Positions 1 through 9,961 of a stretch of DNA of 64,000 nt are shown in pieces. The number at the start of each line of letters is the position of its first letter. Position 1 is the stretch's first letter. This stretch comes from Nitrosopumilaceae archaeon (GTDB lineage Archaea; Thermoproteota; Nitrososphaeria; Nitrososphaerales; Nitrosopumilaceae), in NCBI GenBank assembly GCA_965203465.1, contig CBDBCR010000003.1, positions 288,001 to 352,000 on the forward strand. Reading direction: 5' to 3'. The notes under the pieces are model-generated. The model saw nothing but the letters and a program-made list of their open reading frames with translations. It searched no databases and had not been told where the DNA came from. Both the position numbers and the translations under genes were made by a program.

Positions 1-30
1 TCGACCGAGCGCGACGCGTAACCGGACATG

Positions 31-483
31 TCACGCCTTTTTGGCGGCGGGTTTTTTGGCCGCCGGTTTCTTGGCCTCCGGCTTTTTGGCGGCCGGCTTC
101 GCAGTTGCCGGCTTTTGGGCCGCGGGCTTTGCGGCTGCCGGCTTTGCGGCTGCCGGCTTTGCGGCTGCCGGCTTTGCGGCTGCCGGCTTTGCGGCTGCCG
201 GCTTTGCGGCTGCCGGCTTTGCGGCTGCCGGTTTTTTGGCGGCCGGTTTCTTGCGCGTCGTCTTGATCTCCTTGGAGTCGGCCTCTACGCGCGCGCGCAG
301 CTTTGCCTTGTACTTTAGGTTGCGCGGCTTTGTGCGGAGGCGGTACCCGCAGCAGGGGCACCAGAGCCCCTCCCACTTTATGAAAATCTCGCATATCTGG
401 CAACGCCGCTGGCCCGAGGCGTACCTGCCGGTGCCGACCGGCTTTTGCGCCTTGTACCGGATGCAGATGCCCTTGCACGTCAT
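31..483 (-). CDS. Conserved thaumarchaeal Cys-rich zinc-finger protein with an added histone-H1-like (KPAAA)n tail
   Basis: MTCKGIC...CQIC...CPCC motifs, then Lys/Ala/Pro repeats; AT-rich box about 25 nt upstream of ATG 483. Confidence 0.8.
   Translation of the reverse strand: MTCKGICIRYKAQKPVGTGRYASGQRRCQICEIFIKWEGLWCPCCGYRLRTKPRNLKYKAKLRARVEADSKEIKTTRKKPAAKKPAAAKPAAAKPAAAKPAAAKPAAAKPAAAKPAAAKPAAQKPATAKPAAKKPEAKKPAAKKPAAKKA
123..232. repeat. 15-bp coding tandem repeat GCGGCTGCCGGCTTT (KPAAA), about 7 copies
   Basis: read directly. Confidence 0.85.
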
Positions 484-692
484 GCTGTCGTATTCTAAAG
501 TTATGTATATAAGGATGGATCCCCATAATTTCTCCAAAACGTGCCGTTTAGCGCGATTCTGCGCTTCAGGCGGGACGAAACGCGCACTGCGTACACGTAA
601 AGCCCGCTCCCGGACGAAATATTGGACAGCGGCGATCAAAAACCGGGCCGCCTGTCGAAGGTTAATAAGGAAAAATGCGCGCAGGGCCGCGC

Positions 693-1517
693 ATGGCCAC
701 TAAGGCGAGCATAACGGTCGTCGGGCCAGACAGGGAGGGCATCGTAGCCGCCTTTACCAGCTTTGTCTTTGAAAACGGCGGCAACATCGAAAAAATAAAC
801 CAGAACGTCATGGACGGCGTGTTCGGCATGCACATGCAGGCCGCGTTCTCTAGGTACGGCGCCCGGGTGGAGCGCGGGCTGGAGGGGCTGGCCGCCGAGC
901 ACGGCATGGACGTCAACGTGCACGTGGGCAGGCGCGCAAGGAGCATAGCCGTGTTCGTGACCAAAGAGCCGCACTGCCTCAGGGCGCTGCTGGCAGAAAA
1001 GCGGGGCCTCGCGGGCAGGATCTCGGTGGTGGTCGGCACCGAGGAGACGCTGCGCCCCGTGGCGAGGGAGTCTGGCGTGCCGTTCGTGTGCGTCTCTGCC
1101 AAGGATCAAAAGTCCGCCGAGGAGCAGATCATAAGGGCGTGCAAAAAGTATTCAGTGGACTTGATACTTTTGGCGCGCTACATGAGGATACTGACGCCCA
1201 ACTTCGTCTGGAGGTACCCCGAGCGCATAATCAACGTGCACCCGTCCCTGCTTCCGGCGTTCCCCGGGGCCTTGGCGTACTGGCAGGCCTTCGAGCGCGG
1301 CACAAAGATAGCCGGCGTTACGTGCCACTACGTCACCGAGAACCTCGACCAGGGCCCGATAATAATCCAGGAATCGTTCAGGATCGGCGCCGGCGACACC
1401 ATAGAGAAGATAAAGGAGAGGGGGCGCAGGCTGGAGGCGCGGGCCCTGCTCAAGGCGGCCAGGCTCCACATATCCGGGAGGCTCGAGGTGCGCTGGAGAA
1501 AGGTGCGCGTGTCCTGA
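693..1517 (+). CDS. purU: Formyltetrahydrofolate deformylase
   Basis: ACT domain GPDREGIVA; [21 protein letters not shown] and LDQGPII motifs. Confidence 0.92.
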   Translation: MATKASITVVGPDREGIVAAFTSFVFENGGNIEKINQNVMDGVFGMHMQAAFSRYGARVERGLEGLAAEHGMDVNVHVGRRARSIAVFVTKEPHCLRALLAEKRGLAGRISVVVGTEETLRPVARESGVPFVCVSAKDQKSAEEQIIRACKKYSVDLILLARYMRILTPNFVWRYPERIINVHPSLLPAFPGALAYWQAFERGTKIAGVTCHYVTENLDQGPIIIQESFRIGAGDTIEKIKERGRRLEARALLKAARLHISGRLEVRWRKVRVS

Positions 1518-1543
1518 CGCCCTCCGATCCGCAGGTGCGCGCC

Positions 1544-2173
1544 ATGTCCGGTAGGCCGGCGGTCGTGCCGGTCGGCGCCACCGAGCAGCACGGGCCGCAC
1601 CTGCCGGTAACAACTGACACCGACATCGCATCGGCCCTCTCGTCGCGGCTGGCAGAGAAGATAGGCGCCCTGCTGATGCCGGCCGTGCAGTACGGCGTCT
1701 CGTTCGAGCACGCGCCGCTCTTCCAGGCGAGCGTGCCGCCCGGCGTGCTGGCGTCCCAAGTGGAGTGGCTGTGCAGGTCGGTTTCCTCGTACGGCATCGG
1801 GCCGGTCTTTGTGGTCAACGGCCACCACGGCAACGTGCAAGCGCTGGCGCGCGCGCGCGGCGCGCGCGTGCTCCACTACTGGAAGTTCGCGGAAAAGTTC
1901 GACCACGCCGGGCGCGTCGAGACATCGCTGATGCTGGCCCTCTGCGGCGGCGTGCGCATGGACCTCGCCCCCTCTGGGCTCGACGAGGAATCCCTGGACG
2001 GGGCTGGGCTGGAAAAGGCGAGGAGGCTCGCGTCCAGGTCCTTTCCGGAGGCGACCGGCGGCGGCGTGTGGGGCGATCCGCGCGGGGCCACCGCCGGCGA
2101 GGGCCAAGAGATCGCCTCGCGCGTGGTAGAGGCCATGGCCTCCGAGTGCCGCGCGGCCATGCTCGCCCGGTAG
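1544..2173 (+). CDS. Creatininase-family amidohydrolase (possibly ArfB-like)
   Basis: PVGATEQHGPHLP, VNGHHGN, DHAGRVETS; start uncertain. Confidence 0.85.
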   Translation: MSGRPAVVPVGATEQHGPHLPVTTDTDIASALSSRLAEKIGALLMPAVQYGVSFEHAPLFQASVPPGVLASQVEWLCRSVSSYGIGPVFVVNGHHGNVQALARARGARVLHYWKFAEKFDHAGRVETSLMLALCGGVRMDLAPSGLDEESLDGAGLEKARRLASRSFPEATGGGVWGDPRGATAGEGQEIASRVVEAMASECRAAMLAR

Positions 2174-2525
2174 CGGCACCCCGCTGGGGGCGCGCGCAAC
2201 GTTCGTCTGCCTAGAACGCCAGCCCAAACCAGTCGCGGATAAGCCCAACCTCCCGTCCGCATCGTGCGCCAGATTGTGCAGGCAGGATAGAAGCGACGAT
2301 CCCTGGGGCTAGCCGAGGGCCAGCAGGCGCAAATTGCACGCGTCGGTTTTGGCCACGGTAGGAGAGCGCGATCCAGACATTCGGCATCCTTTTTCACGGC
2401 GAACTTGCCTGTTGCGCGACCCGGCGCGGTCTCCCCCTCCCAAGATCTCGCACGAACAGGATCTCCGCCCGTTGCTTGGCCACGGATCGCATGCCTTATA
2501 CGGGGCGGTGTTCCACCGCGGGTAC

Positions 2526-2591
2526 CCGTGCTTGAATCCCTTGGGCCGATACGGGATGTATCGGCTATGCCTTGGGCTCATGTGAGTACGG
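2526..2591 (+). ncRNA. Hairpin motif copy 1 (putative small RNA associated with the RNase H-fold gene)
   Basis: CCGTGCTT-GAATCCC..GCCGATAC-GGGAT-GTATCGGC..GGGCTC-ATGT-GAGTACGG; CTTATA at 2495-2500. Confidence 0.65.
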
Positions 2592-2594
2592 CAC

Positions 2595-3200
2595 CCTTGA
2601 ATCTCTCGAACGTCTCTGCTATCTGCCCCCCATTCATCGATCTGAATTATACCCGGAGGCTCATTGCCCCCGTTGCTGGCCCAAGCGATGGCGTCTGCGA
2701 TCTTGTGGGCGCGGTCTTACATGCATGAACGCAGCCCGACATTGGTCACGAGGTTCTTGCAGTCATCTTCACACTCGGCTGCGAGGCATGTTGGTGCGAA
2801 TCCGCGCTTGGAGACTCCGTCTTGCCACGCACGGTTCTGAAGTAGCGTTGATCGTACAAACGACAACTGGGTGCACTTATGGTCGTCTCGATCTACTTAA
2901 ACATCCGATGCAATGGACGCGGTTTCTTCTCCCCGTCTCCCAAAAGCACCGCGCGCAAGATCGCCGGGTGGCAGATTGCGGGCTTTCGGCGCCGATCCTA
3001 ACGCCTTACGCATCCTGCCGACCTATAACACCGCTCAGACGTATTTCCCCCACCCCAGCCTGCGCCCGAAGGGCGGGAAGGAAATTGCCTCGGCGTGGTG
3101 TTGTAAGACACCGGATCAAGAGCAGCGGCGCGCCGGCCAAAGGCCGCATCTGCCACGATGCGGTAATTGCCAACCCAGCACTTGTACTAACAAGAGTTTG
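2595..3200 (-). pseudogene. Decayed homolog of the 60181-60759 RNase H-fold gene
   Basis: minus-strand translation AECEDDCKNLVTNVGLRSCM*DRAHKIADAIAWASNGGNEPPGIIQID aligns with VESDTDSRGFVADIGLRSTTPSYAHTLADAVAWANHRGIEPDGVISVD; has a stop and frameshifts; 5' limit approximate. Confidence 0.7.
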
Positions 3201-3876
3201 CCGACCTGACGATTTTCCCGCAGGATCTTCCAAAACGCGCCGGGCCGCGCCAGCTATGCGCCCGCCCCCGCCGCGGGCAATTTCGCCTAGATCCCGCCCT
3301 GCCAGCCCACTCTGCTCCAGGTCATGCCCGTATCCTCGCTTGGCCTCGTGGTGCACGCACCGACCTTCCTCGAACTCTTTTCTTGCTCGGCACCAAGAAT
3401 GTCCCGCCATGTTGATCCGTCGTCCCCCGTCCCGTCAAGACCGGTTCCACATCTGCCTCTACGGGCCGGTTCTCGGCTTGCGCCATGGCAGCGGATTCGT
3501 CAGACGTGCGGGTCGCGGCCACGCCAGTGAGCGGTTTTTGCGGCAAATAAGCCGTCCGAGGGCAGGATTGGAAAATGCGCCCCGGATCGGCCGCCCAGAT
3601 CGCGGACAGGCCGGGACGCGCTTCACGCCGCCGAATCGTGCGCGGTCGGACGGGAGGCTCCCGCCAGGGGCCGACGCATGGCCGGCGGCGCAGTCCGCGC
3701 GCCGGCGGCCGTTTTCGGTTTTGTTCGGCAATTCCCCGATCCGTGCCTGAGCGGAGCCGTTTTTTGGCCGATCCGGCCACGGCGCAGGCACGAAAATGCG
3801 AATTGTCGAACACAGCCCCGTTTTCGCAACTGATTTATGCAGGCAGTTTTCGACCCCGCCCGTGGCAAGAGGCTCC

Positions 3877-4512
3877 ATGATGAGGCGGCGGAGGGGCAGG
3901 CCGCGCGCGCAGGCGGCGCCCAAGGCCGATCGCTCAAAGAGGGTCAGAAAGTCCATAGAGGCCGCCGCAGAGGCCCTGCAGTCGGCCCACGATTCGCGCG
4001 AGTTCCTTCTGCGCAACACGCGCACGGCGGTCCTGACGTCGGGCCGCGCCATAATGGAGATACACCGCGAAAACTACCGCGAGGCCGAAAAGATGATAGC
4101 CGCGGCGTCGGGGATGATAGAGGAATACAGGAAAAAGGCGCCGGCCGGCCTGCGGTACCTGCTAGTCACCTCCGAGCAGGAGATGGTCGAGGCAAGCGCG
4201 CTGCTCGCCGTGGCGCGCGGCAGGCAGATCCCCACGTCGTCGTCCCTCGGCGTCTCCAACGAGGGGTACGTGCTGGGCATGATGGATTCGCTCGGCGAGA
4301 TAAAGCGCCATGTGGTGGATCTGCTCAGGCGCAACGAGGCGGCGCGCGCGCGCCGGGCGTTCGAGAGGATGGAGGAAATGTACTCTATGCTGTACCCGTT
4401 CGCCGCGATGGACCGCGTGCTGAAAGAGGCGCGCCGCAAGATGGACGTAGGGCGCATCCAGCTCGAAGACGCCCGCGTGCTGCTCGTCCAGGCGCACATC
4501 GCCGGCAGGTAG
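3877..4512 (+). CDS. Translin-family RNA-binding protein
   Basis: RE..L...R, QEMVEA and YVLGMMDSLGEIKR translin motifs; start uncertain. Confidence 0.85.
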   Translation: MMRRRRGRPRAQAAPKADRSKRVRKSIEAAAEALQSAHDSREFLLRNTRTAVLTSGRAIMEIHRENYREAEKMIAAASGMIEEYRKKAPAGLRYLLVTSEQEMVEASALLAVARGRQIPTSSSLGVSNEGYVLGMMDSLGEIKRHVVDLLRRNEAARARRAFERMEEMYSMLYPFAAMDRVLKEARRKMDVGRIQLEDARVLLVQAHIAGR

Positions 4513-4574
4513 CGGGCCCGGCTTTTTGGAAAAGGCAGGTCTACAGGCGGCTCTGCCCGCGCCGGAAATTTGAA

Positions 4575-4659
4575 TGCGGGCGATGGGATTCGAACCCACG
4601 AACTCCTGAGAGACTAGCCCCTCAAGCTAGCGCCTTTGGCCAGTCTGGGCGACGCCCGC
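4575..4659 (-). tRNA. tRNA-Leu(GAG)
   Basis: GCGGGCG acceptor stem, CTAGC-TTGAGGG-GCTAG anticodon arm, long variable arm, GGTTCGAATCC T-arm. Confidence 0.95.
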
Positions 4660-4709
4660 GCCGCGCGGTCCTTGCATGGTTTTTATAATCCTTGGCGGCG
4701 GCCGCACGC

Positions 4710-4946
4710 ATGCTGGTTCCCGTGCGCTGTTTCACGTGCGGCAACCTGATTGCCGACAAGCACAAAGAGTACAAGGAGCGCATCGCCGCCGGCGACGAAT
4801 CGGGCGCGGCGCTCGACGCGGTCGGCGCAAAGAGGTACTGCTGCAGGCGCATGCTGCTCACGTCCATGGAGACGGTGCGCCAGATAATACCGTTCTACGA
4901 GGCAATGCACAGGCGCCGCCAGGAAGTCCAGTCAGAGCTAGAGTAG
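4710..4946 (+). CDS. rpoN: RNA polymerase subunit N (Rpo10)
   Basis: MLVPVRCFTCG...RYCCRRMLL. Confidence 0.95.
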   Translation: MLVPVRCFTCGNLIADKHKEYKERIAAGDESGAALDAVGAKRYCCRRMLLTSMETVRQIIPFYEAMHRRRQEVQSELE

Positions 4947-4947
4947 G

Positions 4948-6177
4948 TTGCCCTCCATAACTGAACTGCGCGGCAGGCTGGTGCGCGACAGCCGCGGATC
5001 AAAGACGGTCGAGGTCGACGTGACGGCCGACGGCAAGTTCACCGGCAGGGCCTCGGCGCCGTCTGGCGCGAGCGTCGGCATCCACGAGGCCACGGGCTTT
5101 CCGGGCTCGCCGGAGGCGTGCCTCGCGGTCCTCGAAAAGAACGCCTCGCGCTTCGTCGGCGCCGATCCGTCCAGCCTAAAGGGAGTGCACGACGCGCTCA
5201 GGGAGATGGACCCCACCCCAAAGTACGAGGTGTGCGGCGGCGGGGTGGCGTTTGCGGTCACGCTGGCCTCTGCCGACGCGGCGGCCAAAGCTTTGGGCGA
5301 GCCGCTCTTTTGCGTCCTGTCCGACCGAGAGCCGCAGCTGCCGCGCCCGCTCGGCAACGTGCTGGGGGGCGGCGCGCACGCCGGCCCCGGCACGCCGGAC
5401 ATCCAGGAGGTGCTGGTGTGCGCGACGGGCGCAAAGACGGCCGCCGAGGCGGTCGATGCCAACGCGCAGGTCCACGCGCAGCTGGGCAAGATGCTGCTGG
5501 AGGATCCGTCGTTTACCGGCGGCAGGGGCGACGAGGGCGGCTGGGCCCCGCGCATGCGCAGCGAGGACGCGGTGGAGGCCGCCGCGCGCGCGATAGAAAA
5601 GCTCGGGTACACGCTGGGCGAGGAGGTCTCGCTGGGCATAGACTTTGCCGCCTCTACGATGTGGAAGTCCGGCTCGTACGAGTACTCGCGCGACGGCGCC
5701 ACCAGGTCGGCGGGCGAGCAGGAGGATTTTGTGGCCGGGCTGGCAGAAAAGTTCAAGCTGATATACGCGGAAGACCCCGTCCACGAGGAGGACTTCGAGG
5801 GCGCCGCTCGCCTCACAAAGAGGCTGCCGCGCACCATGGTGGCAGGCGACGACCTGACCGTGACCAGCGCCTCCATCCTCGAGAGGGCCGCGGCGTCGGG
5901 CTCGTGCAGCGGGGCCATACTCAAGGTCAACCAGGCGGGCAGCCTGCACGACGCCATGGAGTTCGCCTCGGCCGCCCGGAGGCTCGGCGTGGGCACCGTC
6001 ACGTCCCACCGCTCCGGCGAGACGTGCGATCCCCACATCGTCCACGTGGGCGTGGCCGCCGGCTCCGCGATGCTAAAGTCGGGCATAGTCGGCGGCGAGC
6101 GCGTCGCCAAGTCCAACGAGCTGCTCCGCCTCTCGGAGCATGATTTAATACACAGCCTCCGGGCGGTGGCAAGGTGA
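4948..6177 (+). CDS. eno: Enolase
   Basis: DSRG..TVEV, PSGASVG, GDEGG, LKVNQAG, SHRSGET. Confidence 0.95.
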   Translation: MPSITELRGRLVRDSRGSKTVEVDVTADGKFTGRASAPSGASVGIHEATGFPGSPEACLAVLEKNASRFVGADPSSLKGVHDALREMDPTPKYEVCGGGVAFAVTLASADAAAKALGEPLFCVLSDREPQLPRPLGNVLGGGAHAGPGTPDIQEVLVCATGAKTAAEAVDANAQVHAQLGKMLLEDPSFTGGRGDEGGWAPRMRSEDAVEAAARAIEKLGYTLGEEVSLGIDFAASTMWKSGSYEYSRDGATRSAGEQEDFVAGLAEKFKLIYAEDPVHEEDFEGAARLTKRLPRTMVAGDDLTVTSASILERAAASGSCSGAILKVNQAGSLHDAMEFASAARRLGVGTVTSHRSGETCDPHIVHVGVAAGSAMLKSGIVGGERVAKSNELLRLSEHDLIHSLRAVAR

Positions 6178-6788
6178 GCCACCAGATCCCCGACATGCGC
6201 AGGGAGATACTCGCAGCCGAGGTCAACAAGGGCACCGAGGTAAAGACCACCTTCATGGAGCAGTTCGTCACAAAGTCCGATTCGCGCGGGTTCTACATGA
6301 TGGACGCCGACGCCACGCTTGCCCGCATAAAGACGGCCGCCAAAATGGTGGTCAGGATAGGCGCCGGCAACTTGATAGTGTGCTCTGGGCGCCAGAACGC
6401 GGACAGGCCGGCCGGCATGATGGCAGAGGCCGTCGGCGCAAAGGCGCTGCTGGGCAGGTTCATGCCGGGCACGCTGACCAACCCGTCGCTCCCCTACTAC
6501 ATAGAGCCAAAGCTGGCGATGATATCGGATCCCCAGATAGACACGCAGGCCATCGTGGAGGCCACCAACGCTGGCATACCCGTCATCGGCATGGCCAGCA
6601 CCGACAACATCACGTCCAACGTAGACCTGGTGATACCCGCCAACAACAGGGGGCGCAGGTCCATCGCAGCCGTGTATTGGATGCTGGCGCGCCAGATACT
6701 CGTAGAGCAGGAGAGGATGGAAGAGGGAGCCGAGATGGAGCAGTCGGTGGACGACTTTGCCGCAAAGATCACCGACGAGGACGAGTAG
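6174..6788 (+). CDS. rps2: 30S ribosomal protein S2
   Basis: GRFMPGTLTNP, DLVIPANNRG. Confidence 0.95.
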   Translation: MSHQIPDMRREILAAEVNKGTEVKTTFMEQFVTKSDSRGFYMMDADATLARIKTAAKMVVRIGAGNLIVCSGRQNADRPAGMMAEAVGAKALLGRFMPGTLTNPSLPYYIEPKLAMISDPQIDTQAIVEATNAGIPVIGMASTDNITSNVDLVIPANNRGRRSIAAVYWMLARQILVEQERMEEGAEMEQSVDDFAAKITDEDE

Positions 6789-7665
6789 CGCCTCGGCGCC
6801 CGGCAAGGTGATACTGTTCGGGGAGCACTTTGTGGTGCACGGGACCGGCGCGGTGCTGGCCGCCATAACGCCGCGGGCGCGCGCCGTCGCCCGCCCGCTC
6901 GGCGCGCCGCAGATAAGCGTCGAGACGCACTACGCCTCCGAGACCGTTGCGCGCGGCGGGGCCGGCTCGCGCCTGGGCCCGCTGGTACGCGCAGCGGAGG
7001 CGGCGCTGGAGGAGAACTGCGACGAGAACGGCATGAGCGTCAGGCTGGAGTCGGACATTCCCGGAGGCATGGGGCTGGGTGCCTCGTCGGCCGCCTGCGT
7101 GGCCGTGGCCGGCGCGGCCTTTGGGCTGTACGGCAGGCCGTCGGCCGAAAAAGTCGCGCGCGCGGCCCTCGAGGCGGAGCGATCCGAGTTTCCCGCCGCC
7201 TCGGGGGCCGACCACGCGGCCTGCGCGCACGGGGGCGCGATTTACTTTGACGGCGCCGTGCGGCGCCTCCGAGTCTCGCCCCGCCTGCGCCCGGTGGTGG
7301 TGCCCTCCTCGTCGAGGCACCGCACGGCCCGCATGGTGGAGATAGCCGGCAGGTTCCGAAAGTCCGATCCGGCCAGGTTCGAAGAGCTGTGCCGCACGGT
7401 CTCGGCCATCATGGAGCGCGCCGAGCCCATGCTGGCCTCTGGCGACGCCGGCGGCCTGGCCTCGCTGATGCTCCAGAACCACGCCTGCCTGCGCGAGCTT
7501 GGCGTCTCCAACCCGGAGCTGGACGGCATCGTGGAGCAGATGGGCGGCGGCAAGATGACCGGCGCCGGCGGCGGAGGGTGCGCCGTCTCGGTCTCGGACG
7601 GGCCGGCGCGCGCGCCCGGCGCCATGGACGTGGGGATGGACGCGCGCGGCCTGGAAGTTTTTTAA
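6757..7665 (+). CDS. mvk: Mevalonate kinase
   Basis: SAPGKVILFGEH, PGGMGLGASSA, KMTGAGGGG (GHMP family); start uncertain. Confidence 0.9.
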   Translation: MPQRSPTRTSSASAPGKVILFGEHFVVHGTGAVLAAITPRARAVARPLGAPQISVETHYASETVARGGAGSRLGPLVRAAEAALEENCDENGMSVRLESDIPGGMGLGASSAACVAVAGAAFGLYGRPSAEKVARAALEAERSEFPAASGADHAACAHGGAIYFDGAVRRLRVSPRLRPVVVPSSSRHRTARMVEIAGRFRKSDPARFEELCRTVSAIMERAEPMLASGDAGGLASLMLQNHACLRELGVSNPELDGIVEQMGGGKMTGAGGGGCAVSVSDGPARAPGAMDVGMDARGLEVF

Positions 7666-7687
7666 CCGGCCTGCCCGGCGCCGGGCC

Positions 7688-8425
7688 GTGATACTGGTAA
7701 AGCTGGGCGGCTCGCTGATAACCGAAAAGTCCGGAAAGGAAGAGTACAGGCCCCGCGCGGCCTCGGCCGTGGCGCGCGCCCTGGCGCGCGTAAGCGAGCC
7801 GCTCATCGTGGTGCACGGGGGCGGCTCGTACGGCCACTACTGGTCGGTGAGGCACGGCATGCACACCAAGCCCGGCATGACCGGCGCGCGCGGCGTGGCG
7901 CGCGTCAAGAACTCCATGGCCGAGCTCAATTCGAGGGTGCTGGCCACGATGTACGGGGCCGGCCTGTCCCCGTACTGCATGCCGCCCTCGTCGCTGGTGT
8001 CGGGAAAGAAGCTTCTGCCGGCGCGCGCAAAAGAGGCCGAGCGCGTGGCAAAGGCCGGCATGATCCCGGTCACGTACGGCGACGCGCTCTGGTGCGGCGG
8101 CGGCAGGACGTACATACTGTCCGGCGACAGGCTCATGAGCATGCTGGCCCCGGCAGTCGGGGCCAGGCTGGCCGTGTTCGCCACCGACGTAGACGGCGTG
8201 CTCGGCCCGGACGGGGGCCTCGTCGCCGAGATGGGCGGGCGGCGCGCGGCGACCCTGCCGGTGCGCGGCGACGTGACCGGCGGCATGGCGAGGAAGGTCT
8301 CCGAGGCGCGCCGCATGGCGCGCTCGGGCGCCGACGTGCTGATAGCCAACGGGGAAAGGCCGAATAGGCTGATATATGCCGCGCGCGGGTCGCGGATGCA
8401 TGGGACGCTCTTCCGGGGAAGATGA
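7688..8425 (+). CDS. ipk: Isopentenyl phosphate kinase
   Basis: VKLGGSLIT, VHGGGSYGH, DVTGGM; operon context. Confidence 0.9.
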   Translation: MILVKLGGSLITEKSGKEEYRPRAASAVARALARVSEPLIVVHGGGSYGHYWSVRHGMHTKPGMTGARGVARVKNSMAELNSRVLATMYGAGLSPYCMPPSSLVSGKKLLPARAKEAERVAKAGMIPVTYGDALWCGGGRTYILSGDRLMSMLAPAVGARLAVFATDVDGVLGPDGGLVAEMGGRRAATLPVRGDVTGGMARKVSEARRMARSGADVLIANGERPNRLIYAARGSRMHGTLFRGR

Positions 8426-9029
8426 GTTGGAATACGTGGTGCTAGTCGACGAGAACGACAACAGGCTGGGCCTGGAGGAGAAGGAACGCTGCCACCTTTT
8501 GGACGGCAGGCTGCACCGCGCCTTCACCGCGCTCATATTCGACGGGGGCGGCAGGCTGGCCCTCGGCAGGCGCAGCGGATCGAAGATGCTCTGGCCCGGC
8601 TTTTGGGACGGCACGTTCGCCAGCCACCCGCGCGACGGCGAGACCTACGCCGCCTCGGCCGCAAGGAGGATGCCAGAAGAGGTGGGCCCGGCCTGCCGCA
8701 TGGACGTGCTGTTCCGCTTCGAGTACCACGCAAGATACGGGGACGTGGGATCTGAAAACGAGATCTGCGCCACGCTCGCCGGCACGGCCGAGCCAGATTC
8801 CATGGCGCCGTCTCCGTCGGAGATTAGCGAGCTGCGCTGGGTCGGCGCCGGTCAGCTTGTCGGCGAGCTCGAGGATCCGCGCGCGTTCTGCCCGTGGATG
8901 CTGGCGGCCATACACCTGCTGGAGCCGGCGCCCGGCGTGCCGGCGCCGTGGACCGACGCGTCCGTGCGCGTGGCCGCCGGCAGGGCCGCGCGCGCCCACA
9001 TGGGCGGATGGAGGCGCCTGCCGCAATGA
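8400..9029 (+). CDS. idi: Isopentenyl-diphosphate delta-isomerase, type 1 (Nudix fold)
   Basis: LHRAF, WPGFWD..ASHP, ENEIC. Confidence 0.9.
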   Translation: MGRSSGEDELEYVVLVDENDNRLGLEEKERCHLLDGRLHRAFTALIFDGGGRLALGRRSGSKMLWPGFWDGTFASHPRDGETYAASAARRMPEEVGPACRMDVLFRFEYHARYGDVGSENEICATLAGTAEPDSMAPSPSEISELRWVGAGQLVGELEDPRAFCPWMLAAIHLLEPAPGVPAPWTDASVRVAAGRAARAHMGGWRRLPQ

Positions 9030-9961
9030 GCGTGGACGGCCGCATGGCCTCGGCCCTGAGGGGCAGCCCGCCGGGCCTGTACAGGGCGGCCGCGCACCTG
9101 ATCAGGCACGGCGGCAAGAGGCTGCGCCCGCGCATGGCGGAGGCGAGCGCGCAGGTCTTTGGCGGCAGCGCGCGGCAGGCGGCGGCGGCGGTGGAGATGG
9201 TCCACAACTTTACGCTCATACACGACGACATCATGGACAACGACGAGCGCCGGCACGGCGTGCCGTCGGTCCACAAAAAGTACGGGCAGCCGCTCGCCAT
9301 ACTGGCCGGCGACGTGCTGTTTTCGAAGGCGTTCGAGCAGATAGCTTCGGCCGGCACGCCGGCGCGCGCCGCAGAGTCGGCCCGCCGCCTCGCGCGCGCG
9401 TGCGTGGAGGTCTGCGAGGGCCAGGCCCTCGACATGGCCATGGCGGAGTCGGCCCGCGTGCCCTCCGTGAACCAGTACCTGGGGATGGTGGGCAAAAAGA
9501 CCGCCGCCCTCTTCGACGTCTCGTGCGCGCTCGGGGCCATAGCAGGCGGCGCGCGGGCGCGCGGCGCCGAGGACATGGCCGCGTTCGGCAGGAACCTCGG
9601 CGTGGCGTTTCAGATAACGGACGACTTGATAGGCGTGCTGGGCGATCCGAAAAAGACCGGCAAGCCGGTCGGCAACGACCTGCGCGAGGGCAAAAAGTCG
9701 CTGCCCGTGATCGCCGCGCTGCGCAGGGCCGACAGGCGGCAAAAGAGGGCCATAACGGGGTGCCTCGGCGACCGCAGGGCCTCGCGCGCCAGGATAGGCG
9801 AGGCCGTCGAGGCGATGCGCGAGATGGGGATAGAAGAGGAGATGCGCGCGAGGGCTGGGCGCTGCGCGGACGCCGCGCGCGCGCGCCTGGCGGGCAGGAG
9901 CGGCAGGGGCGCATCGGCGCTGCTGGCGGCACTCGATCTTGCGGTAAGGCGTGACTTTTGA
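9026..9961 (+). CDS. Polyprenyl (geranylgeranyl) diphosphate synthase
   Basis: GGKRLRP, HDDIMD, FQITDD, DLREGK. Confidence 0.93.
   Translation: MSVDGRMASALRGSPPGLYRAAAHLIRHGGKRLRPRMAEASAQVFGGSARQAAAAVEMVHNFTLIHDDIMDNDERRHGVPSVHKKYGQPLAILAGDVLFSKAFEQIASAGTPARAAESARRLARACVEVCEGQALDMAMAESARVPSVNQYLGMVGKKTAALFDVSCALGAIAGGARARGAEDMAAFGRNLGVAFQITDDLIGVLGDPKKTGKPVGNDLREGKKSLPVIAALRRADRRQKRAITGCLGDRRASRARIGEAVEAMREMGIEEEMRARAGRCADAARARLAGRSGRGASALLAALDLAVRRDF

Noticed and set aside
2572-3880. Long ORFs such as 2572..3750 (+)
   Set aside because: Arg/Pro/Cys-rich with no motifs; better explained by the antisense pseudogene and GC-rich filler
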